Positions 53,571 through 64,000 of a stretch of 64,000 bases of DNA are shown one piece after another. A program made the translations under genes and the position numbers. How positions within the stretch are numbered: the stretch's first letter is position 1; each line of letters opens with the position of its first letter. Where the stretch lies: the NCBI GenBank assembly GCA_946965045.2, contig OX337241.1, positions 1,612,001-1,676,000 on the forward strand. The letters are read 5' to 3'. A model generated the notes under the pieces. It saw only the letters and a program-made list of their open reading frames with translations, made no database searches and was not told the DNA's origin. The stretch comes from Epithemia pelagica (Eukaryota; Protista; Bacillariophyta).

Positions 53571-54554
53571 CAACAAGCACCAATGTTGAGACGGAACATG
53601 GTCCTTCCTTCAAAGGCACCATGGTGTGTGCAGTGCCTCCCGTTAACAACATCGGTCAATCATATTTTGTTTGTTGGTGTGAAGTGCTTCCGAATTATCC
53701 GAAACATCTTCTTCTTCTTCTTTCAGTCTTGCCCAGCACTACTAGGGCTAGCTCCGTCGACGCATCTTCCGAGCTTGCGTGCACTAGGTAGCACCAACAA
53801 CAGAAAGCTACTGGATGCTTTTGTCCATTGAAAACTGGAATTAAACAGCGACCATTTAGATCATGGATGAGAGGGCGTAAGAGCTCAGCCAATACAAATA
53901 GAAATGGGACTGCTCACATACAGCTCACCGTACGGCGAAGCCTGAACAGTGAAATACTCTCTTTATACACCACTATAGAAATGGTTTGTTGTTGGTAGGG
54001 GAACACAAGACTCTCACTGTTGTAGAGAATGTACTCAGTCGCGCTTGGGAAGTAGAGAAATGCCCTCTCAAATTGGGAGTTTCGTTGGGGAGGAGTGATT
54101 GTTTGACTCTTGTCTCTCCCGTTGTACTTTTTGGAGCACAGCGAAGGCCGATGACCAAGACACCATGATCTTGTCCCAAGAAGCGTTCAAGACTTTTCGT
54201 AATAACGTTGCAACAACGTCGGCAACTCTTTTCGATCGTTGGGTTCCACTTTGTCGGTCGCCACGAAACTTTCTTGCTTAGCCCTCCTGTTTGATTTTTG
54301 CCAAAGACCAACCACCACAAACTCACGCCCTCGCCCAAACTCGAAAGGAAAAGTGGCATTCAGTCTCTCTCCACTTTTTGGTGAATGTCCCTTGGACCGG
54401 GATCAAGACAGAGTCGCAGCGCCGTGTCGACATTGACCCACTCTTTCTGAATTTCCCACCTTGATTCAACACAAAACAGGACGGCCTTTTCGATCTACAT
54501 TTTTTCCCATTCCCATTGGTTGTCGGCACTCGCCTAGAAGCATAGATTGTATAA

Positions 54555-55850
54555 ATGAACATGCAATGCCCTTCATCCCCTCGAAATGTGCAACGATCGA
54601 GGAGTGGAATAAGAGCATCGCCAATAACAGGAGGTCGCCTTCCTGCCACACAATGGAGCATTCATAAGAATAACGATGCCGTGGCGGACTATGAGGTCAA
54701 CAAACCACTCTCCTCTGGTGGTGCTAAACAATCACAGGTTCGTTCCAAGTCGCGTGGCCGAACCAAGCCCCTCACATCGGCCACCAACAAAACGGCTACA
54801 ACCACCACCACCACACGAGCAGGAGCCGCAACAAGAACAGCAACGACGAAATCGAGATTTCCCAGTCGGGCCAAACAAAGAAAAACACCCTCGGCGAGGG
54901 ATTATCAAAGTTGGGACTTTGGAAAACCAAAGACCTTCAAAAAGCCAGCCGTGACACTCAAGAATAAAAAAGCTGCCACGACCTTGCAAAGATTCTTTCG
55001 AGGTTGGTGGACCAGGATCAACTTTAAGCTGGCGCTCATGGAATACAAATTTTCGCACAAACATGAACTGACACTCAAGGCCATGGAACAAATGGAGAAG
55101 GGTGTGGAGAAAAAGAAGCAGTATGAACGAAATAAGCTAGAGGCAGCCTTCCGGGCCAAGGCTCAGGAAGAAGAAAGCAAAAACGGAGGAACCGAGCAGG
55201 TGGTATCCGAGGGCAAGGACATTATTGCGTACTTGCGAAAAGAAAACAAGAAACTGCGCGATAAAAACACCCGTATTCACAAGGCTGCCAAAGGCCTCAA
55301 GGCACAAAATGACCGATTGGAAGGTGTCAATACGCAAACCGATGGAAACATGGATATTTTAGAAACCCATGCCAAGCAAATTGAAGAAACGCACACAAAA
55401 CTCAACCACGTTGTGCCAAAGTATAAGATAAGTGTGGCACAACTGTCCAATGCTGCCGAACAACATCGACAGTACTGTGTTGTGGAACATTCCATCAAGC
55501 TCATGTATGTCAAGTTGATTGGAACGATTGTCGACATGTTGGAGGAACGGAGCAAACAACCGGAACTTACCGACGAAATTGTAGGTCTTGTTCTGGCCAT
55601 GGAAGGCAAGGACAATGACAAACCCTTGCCCGAAAAGTTACCGACGGGCGAGGAAGCCACAGAATTGTTGCCCCATCCTCAATACCACCACAATCCTCAA
55701 CAAGCCAGTCTCGCCAAGAACGGTGGTGGCATCAAATCATCCAAACCAGCAGCATCACAACAACAGTCCAATGGATATGGCAATCACGATGAAGAGGAAG
55801 ATTCCGACTCGGAAGATTACGACGAATATTCCGTGGCTACTTTTGATTAA
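54555..55850 (+). CDS. IQ-motif coiled-coil protein
   Basis: AATTLQRFFRGWWTR (IQ-like), followed by long heptad-rich helix and acidic tail. Confidence 0.75.
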   Translation: MNMQCPSSPRNVQRSRSGIRASPITGGRLPATQWSIHKNNDAVADYEVNKPLSSGGAKQSQVRSKSRGRTKPLTSATNKTATTTTTTRAGAATRTATTKSRFPSRAKQRKTPSARDYQSWDFGKPKTFKKPAVTLKNKKAATTLQRFFRGWWTRINFKLALMEYKFSHKHELTLKAMEQMEKGVEKKKQYERNKLEAAFRAKAQEEESKNGGTEQVVSEGKDIIAYLRKENKKLRDKNTRIHKAAKGLKAQNDRLEGVNTQTDGNMDILETHAKQIEETHTKLNHVVPKYKISVAQLSNAAEQHRQYCVVEHSIKLMYVKLIGTIVDMLEERSKQPELTDEIVGLVLAMEGKDNDKPLPEKLPTGEEATELLPHPQYHHNPQQASLAKNGGGIKSSKPAASQQQSNGYGNHDEEEDSDSEDYDEYSVATFD

Positions 55851-56410
55851 TCACTCTATAAATTCAGCGTTATAGTTAGAAGAATAAGAAGAAAGCAGTG
55901 TAGAATTGCGCCGACTTCGGACCTCCTTTCCATAACGCATTTGATTACTTTAATCCATCGCATGAGTTCGTCAATAAGTTTCGTCGAAAGAACCATGGTT
56001 AGTTTTTGGCATCCCTCCTTTGTCAACCTCCAATATTCTAGCAAGATGCAAAGCTTTTGGTATATCGGTAATCGGAAACATACAATTGTTTCTATGTTAG
56101 GCTATGAACTTTCCGTGGAAATGCTCCCAAAGTGTGAAGGTCATTGTACCCCCACACCCAATTTGTTTCCTGAATGATTCCCCCTCCCCAAGTCAAATCG
56201 TCCTATCTAAATTCTACACTATTTAAAGGTGACACAACTGTGTTTCTCTCTCACTTAACAATTCTATCAGGCCCAATGGAATCCAGACAAATATCGTTGA
56301 TTGGCCATAAATCTACGGTCTCGCGTCTCGCGCCCGATTTTCATGTACGCGTATTCGTATTAACTGGACTCCAACTCTACGAACAGAAATCAAGCCATCG
56401 TTGATTGGCA

Positions 56411-57040
56411 ATGGCAGAGAAAAGTCCAGAAGGCAGAAAATTAGACCGAACAGAGCCCAAAAGTATGAGCGATACGGTTTTCGACTCTCCCACTTCTTCT
56501 ACAGCCGATCTGGCCTTTCACGATGAAGATGCTCCCCGTCGCCGCATGCCTCCCAAAGGTCTATCTCGCAGAGGAAGCAGGAGGTTTGTCCGGGGTGACA
56601 GTGAACGATCACTGGTGAGTGATCAAGGACTGGATGAACTTGGTGATGGCAGCTGTGTTCCTCGTCGTCGTCGTTTACCACCCAAAACGCTTTCTCGTGG
56701 AGGAAGTCGAAGATTATTGCGAAGCGACAGTGACGGTAGACCCAAGAGTCATTTCAACACAAGTGACGGTGGAGGAAACGAGAGTCAAGATTTGTTGTTG
56801 GGGACGCAGTCGTGCAGCGATCTAAGTATGGGAATGGCCTCGGCGGGTGCTAGAACAGTGACGCCTTCCAACTTTCTGGAAGGTTTGCTGGAAGAGGAAG
56901 AAGAGGACGAAAATGCTGAGTCGACTGGCAAGGATGAGGGCGTTGACGATATCCTCTCGGATTCATTACGAGGAACGAAACGAGCTCGTCGCCGCAGGAA
57001 AGGTGAATCAAACACTGAAGACAGCGGCGAAGCTTCATAA
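56411..57040 (+). CDS. Low-complexity hypothetical protein
   Basis: 210-aa ORF with a duplicated RRRxPPKxLSRxGSRR motif. Confidence 0.55.
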   Translation: MAEKSPEGRKLDRTEPKSMSDTVFDSPTSSTADLAFHDEDAPRRRMPPKGLSRRGSRRFVRGDSERSLVSDQGLDELGDGSCVPRRRRLPPKTLSRGGSRRLLRSDSDGRPKSHFNTSDGGGNESQDLLLGTQSCSDLSMGMASAGARTVTPSNFLEGLLEEEEEDENAESTGKDEGVDDILSDSLRGTKRARRRRKGESNTEDSGEAS

Positions 57041-57286
57041 TGAGTGCGCATCTCAAGAAGATTCAATCGAGTGCATGTGTCAATAGAAATTTTGTAAGTC
57101 AACCAAAATAGTCATGATCATAGCGGAGATTAAGATAACTGTACGTAGCTTTGTACTCGACTCCATGATGATCATTGCTAAACGTTAAAGCCAGTGTCTC
57201 TGAAATATTCCGCTGGAACAAAAAGCTAGGCTATTTTTAAGAGGAAGCTAACAGCTGCAAGGTGATTCCTAGTATATTCCTTTGCA

Positions 57287-59842
57287 TTAGTGGAATTCGC
57301 TTTCACTGTCTGTATCACTATCGCCACTGCTCCATCCAGGAGAGTCTTCGTCTGGATCGGCTTCCTTGGGAGGTGGGTTTGGGGCAGGACGGCCTCCTCC
57401 CAATTTGGTAGCAGCTCTTGCAATCGAAGCCTGGTAGCTGCGATCAAATTCTCTCTGACTATCATCGCTCTCCTCTTCGTCGGAACTACTCGTACTTCTA
57501 CTGCTGTCCGTGCTCCCGTCGTCTCCCATACCATCGGTCGTCTTCTTTGACGATGACCTGCGGTTCTCTCGTGGTTTGTAAGTGGGGGAGGGCTTCCGGG
57601 CGGTTGGGCGGAGCTGTGGCAACTTTGGCTTTCGTCGCCCCTGGGGGTTGGTAGTTTCTTGCTTACCGACTTTGGACATCACTCCTTTCGAGGAGACAGG
57701 TGATTGGGCTACCTTTGTTCTTCGTCTATTTCCAATAATTCGACTTTCATTCTCTTCGTCAGTTGTACTAGGATTGTCATCAGAGACACCACCATCCTTT
57801 GCTTGAGATCGTGTCCTTGAGGATGCCCTTCTTCTTGACTTGGGCGAAGGTGAGGATTGCCTTTTAGCAGACTCTGTACTAGTTCTTCTTTGGACATTGT
57901 TACTGCTGGTTTTGTTGCCGTTGGCGGCGCTTGTGCTGGTTATTGCTCTCTTGAGTGCCACCGGTGTGTTGGTGGATCCACTCTTGGCGCTGCTGTCGTC
58001 AAATACATAGGACTCATCGTCACTGCTTCCCGACACAGGAAGTGCTGCCACATCAGTAAGAGCCGATGCCGCTTTCTCGGTGTCTTGCTTGGGTCGACTT
58101 AATCGGGGTGGAGAATGCAGCCAGCTTGAAGTAGAATCATCTGCGTCTAGTTGCCCACCTGCCCCTACGGGTTCTTCGTAGGGGCAGGGTTTATTTGGTG
58201 TTTTGTCACGGCTTTTCACCTGTTGCACCATATGGTGGAGACTTTCCAACAAATTGATGTTGTTGCTGTGTCTGCAGCTTTCCACCATTTTGACATAGTC
58301 CGCAATGGCCTTGCGGAAACTTATTTTTATCCTGTTTTCGGACACCGCATAAGCCGTTCGAGTGTCGAGGCTTTGTTGCAACTGGTCAAGCTTTTTTCGG
58401 TAGCTTGCCTGCACCTCCAATAGCCGTTCATTGTCTTCTTTGCAATGGTCATGATGATTTTTTATCTGTGTGGTGTACTCCTCTTGATTGGCCATTGACT
58501 TTTCCAGTCTCAAATTTTTCAGTTGGAGTTTACGACAGTTCTCCTTCAAGACGTCGTTGCGTGATCGAAATTGGGCGTTTTCCTTGCGAAGCTGTTCCAT
58601 TTCATGCTTGTTACGTTCATAGAATTCAACCTTGTCTTGATGCTTCGCTCTCCTTTGCTCCAGCTTTGTACGCAGCTTGCTTTTGTACGTTTCAACGCTT
58701 TCCTCCAAGCGACCGAGTTCGTCTTTTGTTTCCATCTTGATTTCTTCCAGTCTCCGCAGTAATTCCTTTTCCTTGCGATTGTGTTGAAGCAGCAAAGCAA
58801 ATAAACTACGTTGGCGAAGCCCTCGAAAGAGAGCCTGCATCCGGATGATTCCCTTGACTACTTTTTCCATGTTCTTGCCAGCTGTCTTTTCCAGAAATGT
58901 CTTTTCCAAGAATGTCTTTTCCACAGTTGGCTTTTGCAGAGCTGGCTTTTCCACAGTTGGCTTTTCCAGAGTGGACTTTTCCAGAGTTCGTACTTTTCTC
59001 TCGGGACTGTGCCGTTTCGGTTGCGACCTTGTCCGTGAGGGAGCCCGACGTGAGGGGGACCGACTTCTCCCATCCGCCGATCTTCCATCGCGTGATTTGT
59101 GCTTGACGGGGCTGGCCGGTGATGGTGAAGAGCCTCTCCTCCGATCGACCGATCTCGCGTTCCGTTGCTTCTGTTTGACGGGGCTGGCCGGTGATGATGG
59201 TGAGGAGCCTCTCCGGTCAACCGATCTGGCGTCACGTTGTTTCTGTTTGACTGGACTGGCCGGTGATGATGGTGAGGAACCTCTCCGATCGACGGATCTC
59301 GCATTGCGTGGTTTATGCTTGACTGGGCTTGCTGTTCGCTTTCGTTGTGGGTCCCTCCTGTTGCCCCGATCACTGGTTTTGGGAATCGGTTCATTGGTTC
59401 GTTTGTCTTCGGTATGATCCGATTTTAGCTTGAGAGTCCGAGGTGAAGCGCCATGTCGAGCGCTGATAGCAATATTGGTGGACTTTAATGGTGGGAGTTC
59501 ACTGGTGGCACCACCGAGAATCGGTGCCTTTGGTAACGAGCTCTTGGTGGTGGTGGAGGCGGTAGAGGAAGAAGAGGGCACTCCCACAGTATCGACACCA
59601 TCTTGCTTTCTGCCATTCGACGACCGTCGTCTGGAGGATGGAGATTGCATTGTGAGGGAGGATCGTTTGATTTGTGGTTGTTCCGCTGCGGGTTCGGTGG
59701 TGCTAGAGGAGGATGGTGGTTTTGGCTCGGTGGAGGAGGATGTAGACGCCCTGCGGAAGGGTGACGCTGGAACCCTATTGGTTGCGTTGCGTTCAAACAC
59801 GGACCGAGCATTTCCAAAGGACTTGTTTCCTACGGTCGTCAT
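57287..59842 (-). CDS. IQ-motif coiled-coil protein with Ser/Pro/Arg-rich repeats
   Basis: IIRMQALFRGLRQR (IQ-like), coiled coil and disordered flanks. Confidence 0.8.
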   Translation of the reverse strand: MTTVGNKSFGNARSVFERNATNRVPASPFRRASTSSSTEPKPPSSSSTTEPAAEQPQIKRSSLTMQSPSSRRRSSNGRKQDGVDTVGVPSSSSTASTTTKSSLPKAPILGGATSELPPLKSTNIAISARHGASPRTLKLKSDHTEDKRTNEPIPKTSDRGNRRDPQRKRTASPVKHKPRNARSVDRRGSSPSSPASPVKQKQRDARSVDRRGSSPSSPASPVKQKQRNARSVDRRRGSSPSPASPVKHKSRDGRSADGRSRSPSRRAPSRTRSQPKRHSPERKVRTLEKSTLEKPTVEKPALQKPTVEKTFLEKTFLEKTAGKNMEKVVKGIIRMQALFRGLRQRSLFALLLQHNRKEKELLRRLEEIKMETKDELGRLEESVETYKSKLRTKLEQRRAKHQDKVEFYERNKHEMEQLRKENAQFRSRNDVLKENCRKLQLKNLRLEKSMANQEEYTTQIKNHHDHCKEDNERLLEVQASYRKKLDQLQQSLDTRTAYAVSENRIKISFRKAIADYVKMVESCRHSNNINLLESLHHMVQQVKSRDKTPNKPCPYEEPVGAGGQLDADDSTSSWLHSPPRLSRPKQDTEKAASALTDVAALPVSGSSDDESYVFDDSSAKSGSTNTPVALKRAITSTSAANGNKTSSNNVQRRTSTESAKRQSSPSPKSRRRASSRTRSQAKDGGVSDDNPSTTDEENESRIIGNRRRTKVAQSPVSSKGVMSKVGKQETTNPQGRRKPKLPQLRPTARKPSPTYKPRENRRSSSKKTTDGMGDDGSTDSSRSTSSSDEEESDDSQREFDRSYQASIARAATKLGGGRPAPNPPPKEADPDEDSPGWSSGDSDTDSESEFH
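59100..59330 (-). repeat. 72-bp (24-aa) coding tandem repeat, 3+ copies
   Basis: TTGAC(G/T)GG at 59103, 59175, 59247 and 59319; encodes ARSVDRRGSSPSSPASPVKQ. Confidence 0.9.
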
Positions 59843-60877
59843 GGTTCCTTTGTTGTTGTTGTGGTTGGGAGTTGTTCTGATTAGTTCGTCCTCATTTCGG
59901 TTCGTGTTCGATGCCCTCTTGGTGGAAAAAAATTTTTGTTACTCCGAAAGTGTCGTTTGCCCAAGAGAATGTCTTTCAGTCGTCAAAAATTGGTACGGAA
60001 AGTCTCTTTGGTCATAGTGTTCCGTTGCGGCAACGTACGACGTACGACCCACAAAGGGGAAGACAGTCGCTGAACGGAGGGAGTCATTCTACCGACGGCA
60101 TTTTTGTCGGTGAACTCATGCGATTGATATGTCCGTTGTACCGACAGATGACCGGCCGATGGACAGACGGAATTGAAATGAAAACGGAAGCACGCTATTA
60201 TCTTAAAAACAATTGCCTTGTACTTATTACTTTACGCATAAGGCTGTTCATAATAGCCCTTGGAATCCGAACTATCGTGGGGGTTAAGTATTTGATTCTT
60301 GATTGTTGCTAGGGAAACTTGAGACATTGCATGCAAGAAGCGCGACCGATATTGAGCGAATTTTTTAAGCGAGTAGCTAACCCCATGAGGGGATGACGGT
60401 CTACGTCTCACTTGTAGAATTTTCCTCTTTGAACGATGGCGTAATTTGGTTTATCAGACCCATACCGACTTTTTTATGAGCTTTACCTTAACCATGGCCT
60501 GGGAAGGTCGCAAAATATCTGGATCATTCGCTCCGAGAATGACCGCCCAAGGTTGGATACCTGTTCTCACTTCCTCTACTACATATCTCACCTGCAACGG
60601 GGTTAGAGATAGAGGATGTGATATGCGGTCAGCTTTTGCGCGCATATTGGGCAATGACGGACGCGTCACACATCTTGCCGTTGAAAGATGACAGCCATAC
60701 GGACACTTTCGTTGCTTAAATGCTTAATGAAGTGCGCCGTCCTGGCACCATGCGAGCTCTCGACTCCAATTCTACTTTTCCTCGCTCGCAAATGAAAGCG
60801 AGATTATCAGGTGAAGTATCCGCATAACAGCAAACACTTTCACCGGAAAGCCCAACTTCATCCGACTAAGAACTACC

Positions 60878-62322
60878 ATGGCAGCGATTCCTCCAGCAAG
60901 CCCTCTTGACATCTTGAATGCCTACATGGATGTAGTGCTCCAAATCACCGATCAGGCAGCTCGTGATGCCTTAAATGCTCAGGGACTACAAGCAATTGGT
61001 GACTTCGAAGCTCTGAGCGAAGATGATATCGCTGAAATTTGCTCAAATGCCAGGAAACCTGGTGGCATGATTCCCAATCCTAATCCTCTTGGACCACCGT
61101 TGATTGCTAATCCTGGTATCATGATTGGCCATCTGGCTGAGAAACGCCTCAAGATGTTTCGTTACTTTTTTATCCATTTGAACAAGGTGAATCGGACCTT
61201 TGTCGGTACCGTTCCCAATTTGGCCAATCTACAAACACTCTATCAATTCAAAGAGAGTGAGACGGAACATGACAACGAAGTTCCCATGCCGGAGAAACTC
61301 ACATCGATTGAGAATATCCGTGTTGTTTTGGAGGACCTTGATCATTATCTTGAGTCCAAGCAAGGTGTCACTGGCATTCCTTTGGCTGCGTACACTCGTA
61401 TCGATCCCAACGTTGCACCTGAAAATGAAGATCCAAATTTCGGTGCTCCAACTATCCTGGCGGAGATGATCAGGCGGGCACCACATACAGGTCCTACCTA
61501 TGCTGCCGACAACCTTGCCGTGTGGGATGTTGTCAACACATCACACATGATGGACCAGGATGGGGCTGGGTGCAACCATTTGCACGTGCACGCAATGGAC
61601 GTGCTGCCTATCAAGCCTTACGTACCCATTATCTTGGAGACGCTTTCCAATCTCGACTCCGTGCCAAAGCAGATCAAACACTTGAAAGTGTGTACTACGA
61701 CGGAGCAAAGCGTAATTTCACCTATGAACGATTCATAGAATCCCTGCAACGGGCATTTACTGACCTTGAGTCAACAGGCAAAACTGTGAGTGAAGAGAGA
61801 AAAGTGCGCATTCTCCTCACAGGCATTGCAGATGCACGGCTAGAGAGTGCAAAGAATCAAATTCTTGCAACCCCTACTCTCAAGGCAACATTCGAAACCG
61901 CATCGAACTTCCTTGCAGAAGTGTTAGACAGCAAGGTCTCCTATAGCGCCTCCAATAGGAAGTAAGCCAGAATCTCCTCGATCCAATCCCAAAACAAAGG
62001 AAAGGGAAGGAACAATAATGGCCGTAATAATAAGAAGAATGAAGACAAGGAAAAGGAGGAGTTAACGGACCGCTACTATACGCCAAAGGAATGGTCGAAG
62101 TTGAGTGGGCCAGAGCGCCAACGCGTTCGTGATGTGCGTGAAGAACGCGATAAAAGGAGAGGAGTAGCATCCGTTACGAGTCAATCCCGAAAGAAGGCAA
62201 AGAAAGATGCACAGAATAATGACACTCCCGATGTCTCCGAAGAGTCCTCTGACGAATCTAGCAGAGGCATTGGCGCAATCATGAGCCAGCGCAAGAAGAA
62301 ACGAAACTCTGAAAATTTGTGA
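60878..62322 (+). pseudogene. Copia gag, with a 1-nt deletion near 61534 and an in-frame TAA at 61963-61965
   Basis: WDVV|QHITHDGPGWGWVQ...NGRAAYQALRTHYLG needs a frame change. NRK*ARISS continues in frame to DRYYTPKEWSKLS and ends at TGA 62320-62322. Confidence 0.85.
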
Positions 62323-64000
62323 CTATCGCTCCAGTCGATGTCAACGACCAAGCCCAACGAAATTATAGTACCAACCTTCATGTGCGAGCTAGACTCACAT
62401 GCCGACACATGTTGTCTTGGCCGAGGCTGTCACGTTCTGTATCAGACTGACACTGCCGATGTCAGTGGTTTCACGGAAACACTGGGAAAATTGAATGAGA
62501 CCCCAGTCATCACAGGTGTCCTTGCCTATGATGACCCTGAGAGCGGGGCAACCTTCTTGCTCTATTTCCACCAAGCGCTGTACCTCCCTCAGATGGATCG
62601 TTGTCTTTTAAATCCCAATCAGATGAGAGAGGCCGGTGTTCAAGTAAATGACGTCCCTTTGATGTTCCTCGCAACAGCGGAACGAAACGATAGGGCTCAT
62701 GCGATTGTTGCTAAAGACTCAGAAGAAAATGAACTCGTGATCCCAATGGACTTGCGTGGCATCATCAGTCAGTTCAAAGTGAGAAAGCCGACTGCACATG
62801 AGATAGAAAATACGGACTCGTGCTATCGGATCGACATGACCAACGCAACACCCGAATGGCGACCGAATGACTCAGCAACAGAATACGATGCTGATGAAAG
62901 AAAGCTTCGGGATGCGATTGTGCATGACACGATAAGGAAGAGACCTTCAAGGGATCTTCAAGTTGATTCTCTGCGTTCAATAAGAAGGATCAATGGCCGC
63001 ACCATCACCATCGCCAAGACCATGCATAGTCGAAAGGGGACCGTACAGCCACAAGATTTAGCCACACGATGGAATATTGGGCTAAAGACTGCGGAGCGCA
63101 CGTTTGAGGAAACGACACAGCTGGGTGTGCGTGACTTCAACGAGCATGGTGGTTTCAAGCGTCTGAAACATACTGCCTACCAACTCAGGCACCGTCGTCT
63201 GCGTGCAGACGTGTATACCAATACCTTATTTGCTGAAACAAAATCCTTGGATCAACATACATGCGGCCAAATCTTCGCGACTGACTTTGGATGGGTGCAT
63301 TTCGTCCCAATGCGCAAGCGAAGTGAGGCACCCTCAACTCTTCCTCCTCTTTTTGACGAATATGGGATATTTAATCATATTGTCCCCGACAACGCTCCGG
63401 AGTTAACCTCCTTGGAGTTCAAACGTGTTGCGTCCAAGTATGGGTGTCGTCTCAAGCCAGTGGAGGCTTGGACCCCCAATCAAAACCTCGCCGAAGCTAA
63501 TATACGCGAGTTGAAGCGAATCTATCGGCGAGAGATGCGTCAAAGCAATGCGCCAGCAGTTTTGTGGGATCACTGCCTTATGCTAGTGGCGGAAAGAAGG
63601 TCACATACATCGCAAGCAAATGGGAATCCGCCTCTAATTCAAATCCTTACTGGAGATACTCCCGATATATCGCACTTAATCGAACACAAGTGGTACGATT
63701 TTGTATGGTACAGCAACCCCGGGTTTGAAGGGCGCAAGCTTGGGAGATGGCTTGGCCCCAGCCATTCTGTCGGTCAGGCCATGTGTGCCAAAATACTGAC
63801 GGAGAAGGGCAAGATCGTCCATCGAACGTCCGTCTGGCCCATTGCCAGGGCAATGCAAAATGACGAAGCCTTTCGAGAACAACGTGAGCAATTTACATCG
63901 AATCTTGGAGAAGCACTCGGTGCGAGAATGGCAGGCATCCCCGCTGAAGACGACGATGAGCCCAAGGAGGCTGATACCCCTCTATATGAGCCATACGAGG
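62323..64000 (+). CDS. Copia pol (protease + integrase), open to the window edge
   Basis: Manual translation is stop-free: CELDSHADTCCLG, HQALYLP, LLNPNQMR, LATRWNIGLKTA, VYTNTLF, PDNAPE, AEANIRELKR, GDTPDIS and KLGRWLGPSHSVG. Confidence 0.9.

Larger units (their letters stand above)
60245..64000 (+). mobile_element. Ty1/copia (CoDi-like) LTR retrotransposon, 5' part; left boundary approximate
   Basis: Gene order is gag, protease (ELDSHADTCC), integrase, as expected for copia. The LTR cannot be confirmed without the 3' copy. Confidence 0.85.

Noticed and set aside
60245-60830. Exact 5' LTR and primer-binding site
   Set aside because: TG-start candidates exist (60245, 60304), but there is no second LTR in the window and no clear tRNA-complementary PBS.

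Overview
Eukaryotic nuclear DNA, most likely a pennate diatom. This is an inference from short 64-94 nt GT-AG introns, dense genes, a CoDi-like Ty1/copia element and mucin-stalk/LRR genes. Host genes: hybrid histidine kinase, two glutaredoxins, MnmE, AP-1/2 beta adaptin, YhfC-like intramembrane protease, SAM methyltransferase, ankyrin protein, two giant secreted Pro/Thr/Ser-rich LRR proteins, a GPI-type repeat protein, a Cys-rich membrane protein, a periplasmic-binding-fold (FBP1-like) protein, an omega/lambda-type GST and two IQ coiled-coil proteins. Mobile DNA: a truncated PIF/Harbinger element, a complete hAT element, a MITE-like insertion and the 5' part of a decayed copia element. The standout is the 6.8-kb hAT element (13348-20145; 12-bp TIRs, perfect 8-bp TSD). 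It carries an intact transposase plus a convergent 624-aa Endonuclease III-like (HhH-GPD) DNA glycosylase with both catalytic residues. Also notable: an in-frame UGA-CUA gag/pol junction in the copia element, a palindromic repeat array inside the Harbinger element, a reconstructable unequal-crossover history of the LRR tandem array, and single disabling lesions in several host genes. All family assignments come from motif recognition by eye; no database searches were run.
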